DNA of 64,000 nt from Myxococcales bacterium (GTDB lineage Bacteria; Myxococcota_A; Polyangia; Polyangiales; GCA-016699535), in contig CP064980.1 of assembly GCA_016699535.1 (NCBI GenBank), positions 593,728 through 657,727 on the forward strand, written 5' to 3'. Below are positions 1 through 9,840 of this stretch, one piece after another (position 1 is the first letter of the stretch; each line of letters opens with the position of its first letter). The notes below the pieces were generated by a model. It searched no databases. It saw nothing but the letters and a program-made list of their open reading frames with translations, and had not been told where the DNA came from. The position numbers were made by a program, and so were the translations under genes.

Positions 1-265
1 GACAACACTAACGGTATACAATATAGGCTACGCGAATGTTTCTTTTGCAAACGAAGCAATGTCCATTGCTCCTAATACCGTCTTAGCACGACCCTTGGGT
101 AAAGATTATGCGCACGATATAATTTACTTGAGCCGAGAAAACACTTCGCAACCGACAGATCTTCGTGTCGAACGATTCAACTTTTGGCCAAGCATAGATA
201 TCCGACCGGTAACTCTACAATTCAGTAATTTTTACACGGACACTGCCCAGTAATTGATTTTGCCC

Positions 266-685
266 TTATTCCGTCTCGAGCGGGTCGGTGACTAGGCCTA
301 GTTTTTCGATGCCGGCTTTGCGGACGATGGCTAGGATCTTGGCGACGAGACCGTAGGGGACCTTTTCATCGGCGAAAACATAAAGTTCTTTTTCACGCTT
401 GAGACGCTCGTTATTGCTGAGGACTTCTTCAAGCCGATCAAAGGGAACTTCGGATTCACCGAGGTAGACTTTTTTATCAACGCTTACCGAGAGCAGAAGT
501 TTTTCTTGATCAATATCCATACGCGGCGCATGGGCGTTGGGCAGATCTACCGAAACGCCTTTGGTCATCAGTGGCGCGCTCACCATGAAGATGATCAAGA
601 GCACGAGCATTACGTCGACAAAAGGCGTGACGTTGATTTCGCTCATGGCCCTGCGGGAGCCGCCGGAATTGCTGGACATGCCCAT
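266..685 (-). CDS. ExbD/TolR family biopolymer transport protein
   Basis: 139-aa ORF. Single N-terminal TM helix (NVTPFVDVMLVLLIIFMVSAPL) followed by a periplasmic domain, the ExbD/TolR layout. Starts 8 nt after the TolQ-like gene. Confidence 0.85.
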   Translation of the reverse strand: MGMSSNSGGSRRAMSEINVTPFVDVMLVLLIIFMVSAPLMTKGVSVDLPNAHAPRMDIDQEKLLLSVSVDKKVYLGESEVPFDRLEEVLSNNERLKREKELYVFADEKVPYGLVAKILAIVRKAGIEKLGLVTDPLETE

Positions 686-693
686 CTATGGCC

Positions 694-1422
694 TCACGAT
701 GCTAAAAAGTGCCGACGCACGATGTTGAGAAAGTCACTTGAAAAACCGCCCATGTCGCCTTCAAACAATTGTATGCGCCTGAGGAAATAGTTGTAGGCCA
801 TGACGGCTGGAATGGCTGCTGCCAGACCAAGCGCGGTTGCAATCAACGCTTCGGCAATGTCGCCACCGACCACATCAAGGCTTGCGTTGCCTTGCGCGCG
901 AATCGCGATGAAAGAGTTCATGATGCCCCAGACGGTGCCAAACAAACCAATGAAGGGTGCGGTTGAACCGGTCGTGGCAAGGAAAGAAAGCTGATTTTCG
1001 AGTTGCTGAAGTTCTTTGTTTTGAGCGCGGCTCATGGCCCGATCGATGTTATCAAGACCACCACCCACAGGAGGAATGCTCCCGGGCGGGATGCTGCCGC
1101 TCTTTGGACCCGAATCACCAGCGATGCGCGCAAGCTCAACGTAGCCCGCATGAAAGATCTTGGCGATCGGTGATAAGCGAAAGCTGCCAAGTTGGCCATA
1201 GATGCTTTCAAGGCGGGTGGCATCCCAGCTGCTGCGCTGTCCTCGACCCCAAAACACTTTTTGAAATTGACGGCTAAGGCGCCCTGCCGTGCCAAACTGC
1301 TTAAACTTTGCGCCGATAATAAACCAGCTAATCACCGACATGATCATCAATACCGACATGACAAATTTTACGACCAAGGAGGCTTCGGCCACCAATTGCC
1401 AAACATTCTGTTGCATAGGCAT
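694..1422 (-). CDS. MotA/TolQ/ExbB family proton-channel protein
   Basis: ORF 694..1554 trimmed to the ATG at 1420-1422 (MPMQQNVWQL...), because the longer form overlaps the upstream gene. TM helices and the C-terminal TAPFIGLFGTVWGIM motif are typical of TolQ/ExbB. Confidence 0.85.
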   Translation of the reverse strand: MPMQQNVWQLVAEASLVVKFVMSVLMIMSVISWFIIGAKFKQFGTAGRLSRQFQKVFWGRGQRSSWDATRLESIYGQLGSFRLSPIAKIFHAGYVELARIAGDSGPKSGSIPPGSIPPVGGGLDNIDRAMSRAQNKELQQLENQLSFLATTGSTAPFIGLFGTVWGIMNSFIAIRAQGNASLDVVGGDIAEALIATALGLAAAIPAVMAYNYFLRRIQLFEGDMGGFSSDFLNIVRRHFLAS

Positions 1423-1499
1423 TTTGAAGCATGCTCCCTTCCCTTGTGTCAACGCGCAATGGGTGGAATTGATCGCTGCTGCGAAGCAAAAGCTTGTTC

Positions 1500-2000
1500 T
1501 TACAGAGCTTGGACCGCACGTAAAAGTTTCTTTTCGCTGACGGTGCCTACCCAAGAAGCTCGAATCTTGCCCTGCCGATCGATCACGTAAGTCGTAGGAA
1601 TCGTCTCGACTTTGTAGCTTTCAAGCGAAGCTGCTGGAGCCATGGCAATGGGGTAAGTCATGCCCAGTGCCCTGCCGATTTTAACGACATTGCTCAGTGG
1701 CGCTTGATCGACTGTCACACCAATCATCGTCACGTTTTTACGCTTGAGTTTGAGATAGGCTCGTCCGAGCTCGGGTGCTTCTTTGCGACACGGGCCGCAG
1801 TAGGTGCCCCAAAAGTTTAAGATCACTGCTTGATGCTCGTGCTTGGCAAGATCAAAGACAGCACCGTTATCCAAGCGAAGCTTTAAAGGTGGAGCCGCTT
1901 GCCCTTCCGGAAGCACCGAAGGCCAGGCGCGATGAATCACAACCGCCAGAAAAACCGCAAAAAGTAGAAAGCTTGGCCATTGCTTGATCCAATTTTTCAT
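1500..2000 (-). CDS. TlpA-like thiol:disulfide oxidoreductase (thioredoxin fold, membrane anchored)
   Basis: CxxC motif in FWGTYCGPCRKEAPEL. N-terminal signal anchor (MKNWIKQWPSFLLFAVFLAVV). Start trimmed to the ATG at 1998-2000. Confidence 0.8.
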   Translation of the reverse strand: MKNWIKQWPSFLLFAVFLAVVIHRAWPSVLPEGQAAPPLKLRLDNGAVFDLAKHEHQAVILNFWGTYCGPCRKEAPELGRAYLKLKRKNVTMIGVTVDQAPLSNVVKIGRALGMTYPIAMAPAASLESYKVETIPTTYVIDRQGKIRASWVGTVSEKKLLRAVQAL

Positions 2001-2117
2001 TTTATCCGAAAAAATTGCCTTGGACACGGCGCTAAACTGCACCCGAGATGCCGGATAAGCAAGGCTTATTCGGCCAAAGCCTTGACGAACAGCATGCAAG
2101 AGCGCGAGAGTTGCCAA

Positions 2118-3554
2118 ATGCATCGTTATTTCGGGTTGTCCGGCTCTAGCGTCGTGTTTTTATTGCTCTTAAACAGCTTGTTTGCCTCGAGCACCTTTGC
2201 TCAAGCATATCAAGACAAAGCTGCGCTTGAAAAAGCCAGACAGTTTATGGAGCAAGGCCAAGCTTTCTATGCTCAAAACGAATACGCCAAAGCCGCAGAG
2301 GCTTTTGATCAGGCTTACGAGGCCCAACCGTTTTCGGCTTTTCTTTACAACGCAGCCATCGCCCATGAGCGAAACAAAAACTACGCCAAAGCCGCCGATC
2401 TTTTTGAAAAATACCTTGATGGCGAGCCCAGTGCGGAAGATGCCGCAAAGGTAAAGCAGCGCATTGAATTGCTTCGGGCTGCTTCGGGCGAAGGAAAAAG
2501 CAATACGCAGAACGCTTCGCAACAAGCAGTCGATCAAGCAGTTGCCACGCGCTTTAAGTCGCTGATCTCTGTTCGCACTCGTCCAGAAGGCGCTAGCGTA
2601 CGTATTCGCAACGCAAAACGTGTTATGGCTCGCGGTAAAACACCTTCAGCGCACACTCTTGAGCAAGGCGATTACGTGGTGGTCGTGGAACATCCGGACT
2701 ACCGCACCGTTGAAATCCCCGTCAGCGTGCAGGCCGGTAAAGTCTATATCTTGATCGCAGAGATGAGCCAAGGTGAGTTTTTAGGCACGCTTAACGTGAT
2801 CACCGAAGTGCCCGGCGCCCAAGTGTTTATTGATGATAAAAAAGCAGGAGCTGTTGGCAACACACCGTATTTGACCGTACTGCCCGCGGGTAAACACACC
2901 GTATGGTTAGAAAAGCCTGGCTTTCAGCCCTCCATGCACCAAGTCGAATTTGCAGCTGCTGAACAGAAAAAACTAAGCATTGCGATGAACCGGGTTGAGC
3001 ACGGCCGCATCCAAGTGGAATCCAATATCTATGGTGCTGAGGTTTATGTGGACGATAAGCTCGTTGGCACCACGCCTTACAAAGGCGATGTTAGCGCTGG
3101 CGCCCACACGATTCGTCTTGAGGCCGATGATAAAAAAGACTGGGAAGGACAAGTCACTGTGTTGCGCGGTCAGATCACGCCCTTGCAAGTTTATCTTCAC
3201 AACTCTGCAGGCCGAGCAAGTGCATGGACCATGGCAATTCTTGCAGCAGCCTTTGTTGGCACCGGTGTTGCCGCAGGCATGTGGGCCGGAAGCGTTGAAG
3301 ACAGTCTTAAAGCCGATCAACGCGCAGGTGTGCTTACTTCCGAAGATTCACGTTACTTGAAAGGAAAAGTACTGGCCGTTGGCGCGGATGTGCTTTTTGG
3401 TTTTGGGGCAGTCTTTGCTGCATTTTCGATTTACAACTTTCTTCGCGATCCCTATCCCGACTCTGAAGCACGTATTTCAAAACCTAAGGATTGGGCACTC
3501 TTACCCTATGCATCCAGCAACGGTGGCGGCGCCACACTTCAGGGGAGTTTCTAA
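2118..3554 (+). CDS. TPR + PEGA-domain envelope protein with C-terminal TM segment
   Basis: Signal peptide (VVFLLLLNSLFASSTFAQA). TPR-like helical N-terminal part. Three PEGA-like units (e.g. GDYVVVVEHPDYRTVEIPVSV, GKHTVWLEKPGFQP, GAHTIRLEADDKKDWEG). TM near the C-terminus. Start trimmed to the ATG at 2118. Confidence 0.7.
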   Translation: MHRYFGLSGSSVVFLLLLNSLFASSTFAQAYQDKAALEKARQFMEQGQAFYAQNEYAKAAEAFDQAYEAQPFSAFLYNAAIAHERNKNYAKAADLFEKYLDGEPSAEDAAKVKQRIELLRAASGEGKSNTQNASQQAVDQAVATRFKSLISVRTRPEGASVRIRNAKRVMARGKTPSAHTLEQGDYVVVVEHPDYRTVEIPVSVQAGKVYILIAEMSQGEFLGTLNVITEVPGAQVFIDDKKAGAVGNTPYLTVLPAGKHTVWLEKPGFQPSMHQVEFAAAEQKKLSIAMNRVEHGRIQVESNIYGAEVYVDDKLVGTTPYKGDVSAGAHTIRLEADDKKDWEGQVTVLRGQITPLQVYLHNSAGRASAWTMAILAAAFVGTGVAAGMWAGSVEDSLKADQRAGVLTSEDSRYLKGKVLAVGADVLFGFGAVFAAFSIYNFLRDPYPDSEARISKPKDWALLPYASSNGGGATLQGSF

Positions 3555-5008
3555 TGAACCAACTAAAGCACATCTCCCTTGCACTACGTTCACTTGCTTT
3601 GCTCGTGTTGATCATGCCTCTTGGTGCTTGCGACCCAGGCGTTTTTGATAAGCTACAGGACAACACACCCATTGTTGATTTGCCAAGACCGGATGAGTTT
3701 CAATTCAATGCTTACGGCAGCCACCTTTATGCTTACCGAGGCGTATTTCAATCGCAAAGCGTCTCCCGATTGGCGATGAACTCAGGACAAGGCACCGGCA
3801 TCCGTGTGAACAAAGCTTGGGATGGCACAGGATTTTCTCTGACTAAACAAGCTCTTGAGCTCTGTGCAGGCGCACTCGATTGCGATTCGAATCAAGGCAC
3901 TTCGTTTGCTTATCTTCCACGTTGGCAAAACGATACCATGTGCTTTGCCGCCTTTGGACCTGAGCTGCCAGGCACACGAGCTGAAGCCAACATTCTCATT
4001 GAATGCGAAAGCAATCTCGTTGAGACCATGGTGATCACTGGACCTGCTGAGATTGGCTTTGGTCTTTCAGCGGCCAGTTTGCCTGAAACAGTTCATGATC
4101 TCGGCATGGCTCTTGCCGGTGCACCTTTTGCAAACAGTAACGATGGCCAGTTGTTAGTTATTCCGGATGCAGAGGCTGCTTTGCCAGTCACTGTCTTGCC
4201 TGCCGAAAGTTATGAAACGCTTGCTGGAAAACTTGGAAGCAGCGTCGCGGCGGCCGAGTTTGGCGATGGGCAAGCCATTGTTGCCGCCACACTGCCAGAG
4301 ATCAATCGAATCATCGTGGGCGTGATGGACAAAAACGACAGTACGCTTTCGGTGCGCGCTTGCATCGATGGCAACATTGATTGGACTCCTCAAGAAGTTA
4401 AGCTGGCCAATATCAATGCCGAAAGTGGTTCAGGCACAGCTCAGACCGATCTCATTGTGCGCGTCGATAGCGATGGGAACGGCGTATCCGATCGGATTGA
4501 AGTGTACGATGGCAGTGGTCTGCCTGATGCAGAAGGCTGCAATCCTTGGTTAACAGAAACCACTCTTGTGGAATGTGCCGACGCTAAAAACGAAGACATC
4601 GTTTGTGCGAGCGCACGCTTTGCTGCTGCACTTGATACGGGCGATATCAACGGCGATGGTTTTGATGACCTTGTGGTGGGCGCTCCAGGAAGCATCATCG
4701 ACGGACAGCTTGATGCAGGCAGCGTGATCGTGTTTCCCGCGATTGTCCGCGCTACAAACGGTAGCCTTGCGTTTGGCGAGGCCGTTACTGTCAGTCATCC
4801 TTCACCAGGTACAGGCGATCTATTGGGCAGCGCCGTTGCAGCACTGCCCTCAGGGAATGCTGATTACGCTCGCGCGGAAATTGTAGGCGGCGCACCAGGC
4901 GCAAATGGCGGAGTCGGACAAGTCTCGGTGTTTCTTTGCTCAGGCCTGCTTGCCGATCAATCTGGCTCCGCAGGCCTAGACGCCCGCTGCGCTCCCAAGG
5001 CTCCCTAG
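3554..5008 (+). CDS. FG-GAP repeat lipoprotein
   Basis: Lipobox LGAC after the signal sequence. FG-GAP/integrin-alpha-like motif DINGDGFDDLVVGAPG. TAATG stop/start overlap with the upstream PEGA gene. Confidence 0.6.
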   Translation: MNQLKHISLALRSLALLVLIMPLGACDPGVFDKLQDNTPIVDLPRPDEFQFNAYGSHLYAYRGVFQSQSVSRLAMNSGQGTGIRVNKAWDGTGFSLTKQALELCAGALDCDSNQGTSFAYLPRWQNDTMCFAAFGPELPGTRAEANILIECESNLVETMVITGPAEIGFGLSAASLPETVHDLGMALAGAPFANSNDGQLLVIPDAEAALPVTVLPAESYETLAGKLGSSVAAAEFGDGQAIVAATLPEINRIIVGVMDKNDSTLSVRACIDGNIDWTPQEVKLANINAESGSGTAQTDLIVRVDSDGNGVSDRIEVYDGSGLPDAEGCNPWLTETTLVECADAKNEDIVCASARFAAALDTGDINGDGFDDLVVGAPGSIIDGQLDAGSVIVFPAIVRATNGSLAFGEAVTVSHPSPGTGDLLGSAVAALPSGNADYARAEIVGGAPGANGGVGQVSVFLCSGLLADQSGSAGLDARCAPKAP

Positions 5009-5138
5009 CACTAGTCACGATTTAGCGGTTGTGCACGTCTTCAAGAAACTAGAATGCTCTTACGTCGCCTGCCGAGGCTGGCTGGAGTTTCGTCATCGCC
5101 GATCTGGTTTATGTTGCCCTAAAGAGGCTAAAGTAAAG

Positions 5139-5147
5139 AGGTGCCAA
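5139..5147. repeat. inverted copy (AGGTGCCAA) of the TTGGCACCT motif core, left flank of the transposase
   Basis: Read directly. The reverse complement TTGGCACCT equals the core of the motif at 6309, 6434 and 61314. Confidence 0.5.
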
Positions 5148-5334
5148 CGACCTTTGGTGGCAAGGCGGAGGAAAAAGTCTTTTGGCTTTTGAACGCTTGA
5201 AAACGACGGTCAAGTTTACTCGGCTCTGACCTTCGTTGCTTCGATGCAAGCCCTTGCGCAGGGTTGTTTTTCTTTTGAAGTGGGTTTTGAACGCAGCTAT
5301 CCCTTGGACCAACCTTTTTGGGGAAGCCTGTCTC

Positions 5335-6255
5335 TTAGAAACAGAGTGTGGCGGTGATGGTTTCCCGACCATCGAAGCGCACAGGATAGCGTGTGGGCGG
5401 GAAACTTCCCGGAGGGAAAACGGCCTCTAGCCAATGGCCTTGAGCGACGCACTTCGCCCCTTCTCGGAAGCTTTGAACGAAGCGATGCCATACCTCATCA
5501 AACGCTGCTCGTAGCTTGGGCTCGGTGCTATGACAGCGGGGTTGCGAACTGCGCTTGGGGTTTTTAGGCCGGTCGCTGGCTTTGATGCGCTTGGCTTTTG
5601 CGCTGCTAAGCAAAGGTTTGCCTGATGCTTGGCGCTCTTGCTTCAAACGCAGCGCATCGCTTTTTAGCTCCTGCTCAAGCATCATGCGCCATGGCTCTGC
5701 CAGAGGCGCGGTGCGCAAAGAAATCCTCTTTTCAAAAGCCTTACTTTTTTTAGGGCATCCCGCCTGCCACCACCGGCTTCGGTTCATCCAGCAAAAGCTT
5801 CTGCTTTTGTTCTGGAAGGTTTCAGGGAAACTGCTCAGTCCGGCGTACTGCCCTGCTTGGCTTACCAAACTCGCTTTGACAGGATTGTTTAGGGTGTAGA
5901 CCATGCGTTCGATAAAGGCGCCTTCATCGAGGATAGGTATGGCGCTGTAGCGACGCTGAAACATAGGGCCATTACGGCCAAGGTGGCGATTGATGTCTCG
6001 GGCTAGTATGCTTTGAAAACAGGCCATGAAATCGCTGAGGTTGCCCAGGGGCGCACGAAGCACGAAGTGAAAATGGTTGGCCATAAAGACGAAGGCGAAG
6101 AGCTGTATTTCGTAAGTGGCTACTGCTTTGGCGAGACATCTGCCAATGATTTCGTTGACCTTCTTGCTTGGTTTGAGGAAAAAACGCTGCTCAAAGGTGC
6201 GGTTGGTCACAAAATAGGCTTCTTCGGGCAAAAGACGACGTAGTGGGCGCGGCAT
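5335..6255 (-). CDS. IS200/RayT-like Y1 (HUH) transposase
   Basis: 306-aa ORF. HUH motif in FMANHFHFVLRAP. Conserved Tyr context VYTLNNPVKASLV. Basic C-terminal tail. Sits in a 1.9-kb otherwise non-coding gap. Confidence 0.7.
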   Translation of the reverse strand: MPRPLRRLLPEEAYFVTNRTFEQRFFLKPSKKVNEIIGRCLAKAVATYEIQLFAFVFMANHFHFVLRAPLGNLSDFMACFQSILARDINRHLGRNGPMFQRRYSAIPILDEGAFIERMVYTLNNPVKASLVSQAGQYAGLSSFPETFQNKSRSFCWMNRSRWWQAGCPKKSKAFEKRISLRTAPLAEPWRMMLEQELKSDALRLKQERQASGKPLLSSAKAKRIKASDRPKNPKRSSQPRCHSTEPKLRAAFDEVWHRFVQSFREGAKCVAQGHWLEAVFPPGSFPPTRYPVRFDGRETITATLCF

Positions 6256-6308
6256 GCTTGTTTATCGGCTGAACCACCCTTCGGTTTCCTCATTTTCATA
6301 AAAATGTG

Positions 6309-6337
6309 CTTGGCACCTTTGAAGGCACCTTTGAAGG
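6309..6337 (+). repeat. CTTGGCACCTTTGAAGG motif with the 12-nt unit GGCACCTTTGAA tandemly duplicated
   Basis: Read directly: cttGGCACCTTTGAAGGCACCTTTGAAgg, 54 nt upstream of the transposase start codon. Confidence 0.7.
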
Positions 6338-6433
6338 TTTTTTCCGCCTTCCAGAGATCATGCAGGGATTCACGCCGCTACTTCTGTCCTATGCAGCCGT
6401 TTTCATTCCTTTTTTCGTGGGGATACCTCGCAG

Positions 6434-6450
6434 CTTGGCACCTTTGAAGG
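6434..6450 (+). repeat. second exact copy of CTTGGCACCTTTGAAGG
   Basis: Exact 17-mer match to 6309-6325. Confidence 0.7.
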
Positions 6451-6867
6451 CGATCATCCCCCGCGGCTTTTCCACGTTTACCAAGGTGATGAGGCTGCAA
6501 AGATAGCCATCGATGACTTTGGCGCTCCGCGCTGGCCAAACGGCGCCGATTGGTCAGCAGATGCACTCTATCGCGAACTTCAAGAGCAGGCGGACAAAGC
6601 AACGGCTCAACAAGGCTAAGAGCCTTTCGTGTTTTAGAACTCCCGTTAAAATGACACGCAAAGCTTCCTTGCGGTCTGCGGCATTCTCTGTGTCTTGCGC
6701 TGTTGGTAGTCTTTAAAGATCAGGAGCAGAACCCGTCTTTGGGACCCACTCTGATTTTGTGCAATGGAATTATGCCAAACTTGTTTGGTCTAACCATTTT
6801 TTGCTGCAAAGACCCTTAATGTAGGGTGCATTCTGCGGCAAAGGGGCTTAGGCTTTTGGGTTAAGAG

Positions 6868-8280
6868 ATGGAAGTAGCAAAACGTATATTACTTGCTGAT
6901 GACGAAGTGAACTTGAGACGGGTTTTGTCTGCGCAATTGCAGCGCGACGGCTTTGAGGTCACGGTGGTAGATCACGGCCAAGCCGCCATCGATATGCTAA
7001 AAGCCCAACATGTGGACGTGGTGATTACTGATATGCGTATGCCTCACGTCGATGGCATGACCTTGCTTCGCCACGTTAATGAGCACTACCAAGGCATTCC
7101 GGTGATCATGATCACAGCACACGGCACCGTGGATACTGCGGTCGAAGCGCTCAAGCTTGGCGCTTTTGATTACATCACCAAGCCTTTTGAACGCGAAGAG
7201 TTCCGTCATGTTGTTGCTAAGGCATCACGCACCAGTGCGCTTTCCCAAGGTGATGCTGGGCGGGAAACCATGAGCACGACGCGTGAAACACTCATTGGCA
7301 GTTCGGCTGCCATGAACCAAGTTGCGCAGGTAATTGAACGTGTCTCAGATACACCGAGCACCGTACTCATCACGGGAGAAAGCGGCACGGGTAAAGAACT
7401 TATTGCGCGCATGCTGCATGAAACAGGCTCACGACGCGATAAACCTTTCATTGCAGTGCACTGCGCAGCCATTCCTTCTGAGTTGATTGAAAGCGAACTT
7501 TTTGGTTACGAAAAGGGCGCGTTCACTGGCGCTGTCACGAGCAAACCAGGACGTTTTGAGCTCGCGCATGGTGGCACCCTGTTTTTAGATGAAATCGGCG
7601 AAATCCCTTTGCCTATTCAGGTCAAACTGCTGCGTGTGCTTCAAGAAAGCGAATTTGAACGCGTAGGCGGAATTCGCACCATTAAAGTAGACGTGCGTCT
7701 TGTGGCTGCAACCAATCGAGATCTGCAAACTGAAATCAATGAAGGCCGTTTTCGTGAAGATTTGTACTATCGGCTCAACGTGGTGCAAACACGCCTTCCG
7801 CCTTTGCGTGAACGCAAAGAAGACATCCCTTTATTTGTTCAGCATTTTATCGCCAAGTTCAATGAACGTTTGGGCAAACAGGTTTCTGGGATTGCGCCTG
7901 AGGCCATGGCAGTGCTTCAAGATCATGGATGGCGAGGCAACATCCGTGAACTCGAAAACGTGATGGAACGTTGCGTGCTTTTTTGCGACGGCGACCTCAT
8001 TCAGGTGGACGCTATCCCTCAAGAACTGAGCCAGAACATCAGCAGCTATCCACCGCGCAATTCGTCCTTTCCCAGCAGTCCGGGGGATCTCAGTTCTCCA
8101 AATCTCGGTCTAAAAGATGCGGTGCGTGAAGCTACACAGCGCATTGAACGCGATATTATCGTCCAAGCGCTCGAACAAACGGACTTCAACGTCACCCACG
8201 CCGCTAAGTTATTAAAAATCTCACGGAAGAGCCTACAAACTAAAATGAAAGAATTCGGTCTGCGCTCCGACCGTTCGTAA
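6868..8280 (+). CDS. sigma-54-dependent response regulator (NtrC family: REC + AAA+ + Fis-type HTH)
   Basis: REC domain ([13 protein letters not shown]...VITDMRMP). Walker [15 protein letters not shown] sigma-54 contact motif. C-terminal HTH ([20 protein letters not shown]). Confidence 0.9.
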   Translation: MEVAKRILLADDEVNLRRVLSAQLQRDGFEVTVVDHGQAAIDMLKAQHVDVVITDMRMPHVDGMTLLRHVNEHYQGIPVIMITAHGTVDTAVEALKLGAFDYITKPFEREEFRHVVAKASRTSALSQGDAGRETMSTTRETLIGSSAAMNQVAQVIERVSDTPSTVLITGESGTGKELIARMLHETGSRRDKPFIAVHCAAIPSELIESELFGYEKGAFTGAVTSKPGRFELAHGGTLFLDEIGEIPLPIQVKLLRVLQESEFERVGGIRTIKVDVRLVAATNRDLQTEINEGRFREDLYYRLNVVQTRLPPLRERKEDIPLFVQHFIAKFNERLGKQVSGIAPEAMAVLQDHGWRGNIRELENVMERCVLFCDGDLIQVDAIPQELSQNISSYPPRNSSFPSSPGDLSSPNLGLKDAVREATQRIERDIIVQALEQTDFNVTHAAKLLKISRKSLQTKMKEFGLRSDRS

Positions 8281-8291
8281 ATCCTCGAAGA

Positions 8292-8669
8292 TCACTTGTC
8301 GATGGGGAGCTCTTGGTCTTGCCACGCTCTGAAACCACCGGCCACGGACCAGACACGCTTGTAACCCATCAGGATCAGGTTTCGCGCTGAAAGGGCCGAG
8401 CGATAACCACCGCCGCAGTACAAAAGAATCTCGGCTTCTTTGTCGGGAACCTTTGCTTCGATATCGCGTTCGAGAATCCCGCGACCAAGATGCGTCGCAT
8501 GTTTAGCATGCCCAGCGGCAAACTCACTTTCTTCGCGAACATCAATCAAAAAGATCTTTGTACCGAGCGCCTCGTCTTGGGCTTTACGCCATGCCTCTTG
8601 CACACTGCATTCGTTAATATCTTTCTTTGCCTCGGTGACTAAGGCTAAAAACCCTGGGGAATGATCCAT
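8292..8669 (-). CDS. rhodanese-like domain protein
   Basis: 125 aa. Active-site loop YCGGGYRSALSA and overall rhodanese layout. Confidence 0.8.
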   Translation of the reverse strand: MDHSPGFLALVTEAKKDINECSVQEAWRKAQDEALGTKIFLIDVREESEFAAGHAKHATHLGRGILERDIEAKVPDKEAEILLYCGGGYRSALSARNLILMGYKRVWSVAGGFRAWQDQELPIDK

Positions 8670-8811
8670 AATTACAAGATTTTAGCTGAATCATCGCCGC
8701 GCCACAACCTGCTTTTTTTCTCGACGAGCCGGCTCATCTCGGGGTGCATCGAGCTGTCGTGTTTGCAGTTTTTTTGACCTACATTGTCTCCACATTGGAT
8801 CGTAGCGTTAC

Positions 8812-9798
8812 ATGTCACACACACCGGACAATGAACGCTCAAATCTGCGAGGCACCGTCCTTGATGGACGCTATCATATGGGCTCCTGCATTGGCGTAGG
8901 CGGCACAGGCCTGGTGTTTGAGGCACAATGCGTTGAGACGGGTCATGAGTTCGCTGTAAAAATGCTGCAATCGCGTTTTGCGACCAATCCGGACCTTTGC
9001 CGACGTCTTCGTCGTGAAGCACAAGTTGCCCGAACAGTGGCCCACCCAAGTGTTGTTACCGTCCACGATCAGGGGCTACTCAGTGACGGCTCACCCTATG
9101 CTGTCATGGAGAAAGTATCTGGCGAGAGCCTTTCGCGCTTTTTTGATCGTTTTCAAGTCCTCGATCCCCAGCACATGGCTGCCATTGGCATTCGTATCGC
9201 CGCTATTCTTCACCGCGTGCATCGACTCGGCTACACCCACCGTGATCTGAAACCCGAGCATGTGCTTTTGGATCGCACCGCCGATGGAGGATTAAAAGTT
9301 CAACTGCTGGATTTTGGTGTTTGTGCTTCACTAACAATGTCACCGGAAGAGCGGCGTTTGGAGCAAGGTCGTGTTTACGGAACGCCTAACTTTGTCTCAC
9401 CTGAGCAAGCGTCGGGTAATCCTTTTGTCGATGGAAGAGCGGATATCTTTTCGCTAGGCGTGGTACTCTTTCAGGGACTTACGGGTCGTCTTCCTTTCAC
9501 TGGATCGCACGTACCAACCCTGCTTAGCCGCATCATGCTCAAAGATGCACCACGCGTCGAACTGATTGCCCAGCACATTGATCGCGACATGGACGCTATC
9601 GTTGCCCGCTCACTGGCACGGCGCCGCGAGGAACGCTTTCAGAATGCTCGCGCCATCGCGCGTGCCCTATCCTATCATGTGCCTAACCGGGCGCAGGTCG
9701 AGCAGGAAGTTGCCTCAAATCTTCAACTTGCCCGCGATTCTGAGCAATTCCGACCGACTTTTAGCGATCAAGAATCGCAAGCCATTGTAGCCGCCTAA
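8812..9798 (+). CDS. Ser/Thr protein kinase (kinase domain only)
   Basis: Glycine loop IGVGGTGLVF. VAIK-type lysine context (FAVKML). Catalytic HRDLKPEHVLL, DFG, and SPEQ in the activation segment. Confidence 0.85.
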   Translation: MSHTPDNERSNLRGTVLDGRYHMGSCIGVGGTGLVFEAQCVETGHEFAVKMLQSRFATNPDLCRRLRREAQVARTVAHPSVVTVHDQGLLSDGSPYAVMEKVSGESLSRFFDRFQVLDPQHMAAIGIRIAAILHRVHRLGYTHRDLKPEHVLLDRTADGGLKVQLLDFGVCASLTMSPEERRLEQGRVYGTPNFVSPEQASGNPFVDGRADIFSLGVVLFQGLTGRLPFTGSHVPTLLSRIMLKDAPRVELIAQHIDRDMDAIVARSLARRREERFQNARAIARALSYHVPNRAQVEQEVASNLQLARDSEQFRPTFSDQESQAIVAA

Positions 9799-9840
9799 TG
9801 CTCTTTCGGTATTTAGGAACAGGGCTTAGACTCGGGCATC

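Noticed and set aside
59-253. 64-aa ORF at the window start, downstream of tolR
   Set aside because: No Shine-Dalgarno, no recognisable motif, and it lies in an AT-richer region. It is just above the ORF-track length cut-off, so it is treated as non-coding.
6309-6450. TGGCAC in the repeated motif as a sigma-54 (-24/-12) promoter, given two sigma-54 activators in the window
   Set aside because: The consensus needs TGGCAC-N5-TTGC. Here the downstream element is AAGG at the right spacing (copies 1 and 2) or TTGC only 2 nt away (copy 3 at 61314). The spacing is wrong in every copy.
6306-6506. 66-aa ORF MLGTFEGTFEGFF...
   Set aside because: Its repetitive N-terminus is just the translation of the tandem 12-nt DNA repeat. 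No other coding signal.
6323-6619. 98-codon start-less open frame ending ...DDFGAPRWPNGADWSADALYRELQEQ, reminiscent of the RWPNG zinc-ribbon N-terminus of IS1595-type transposases
   Set aside because: No start codon and no zinc-ribbon cysteines. A stop-free run of this length is not statistically compelling, and the resemblance rests on one pentapeptide. It could be a gene remnant, but I cannot support that.
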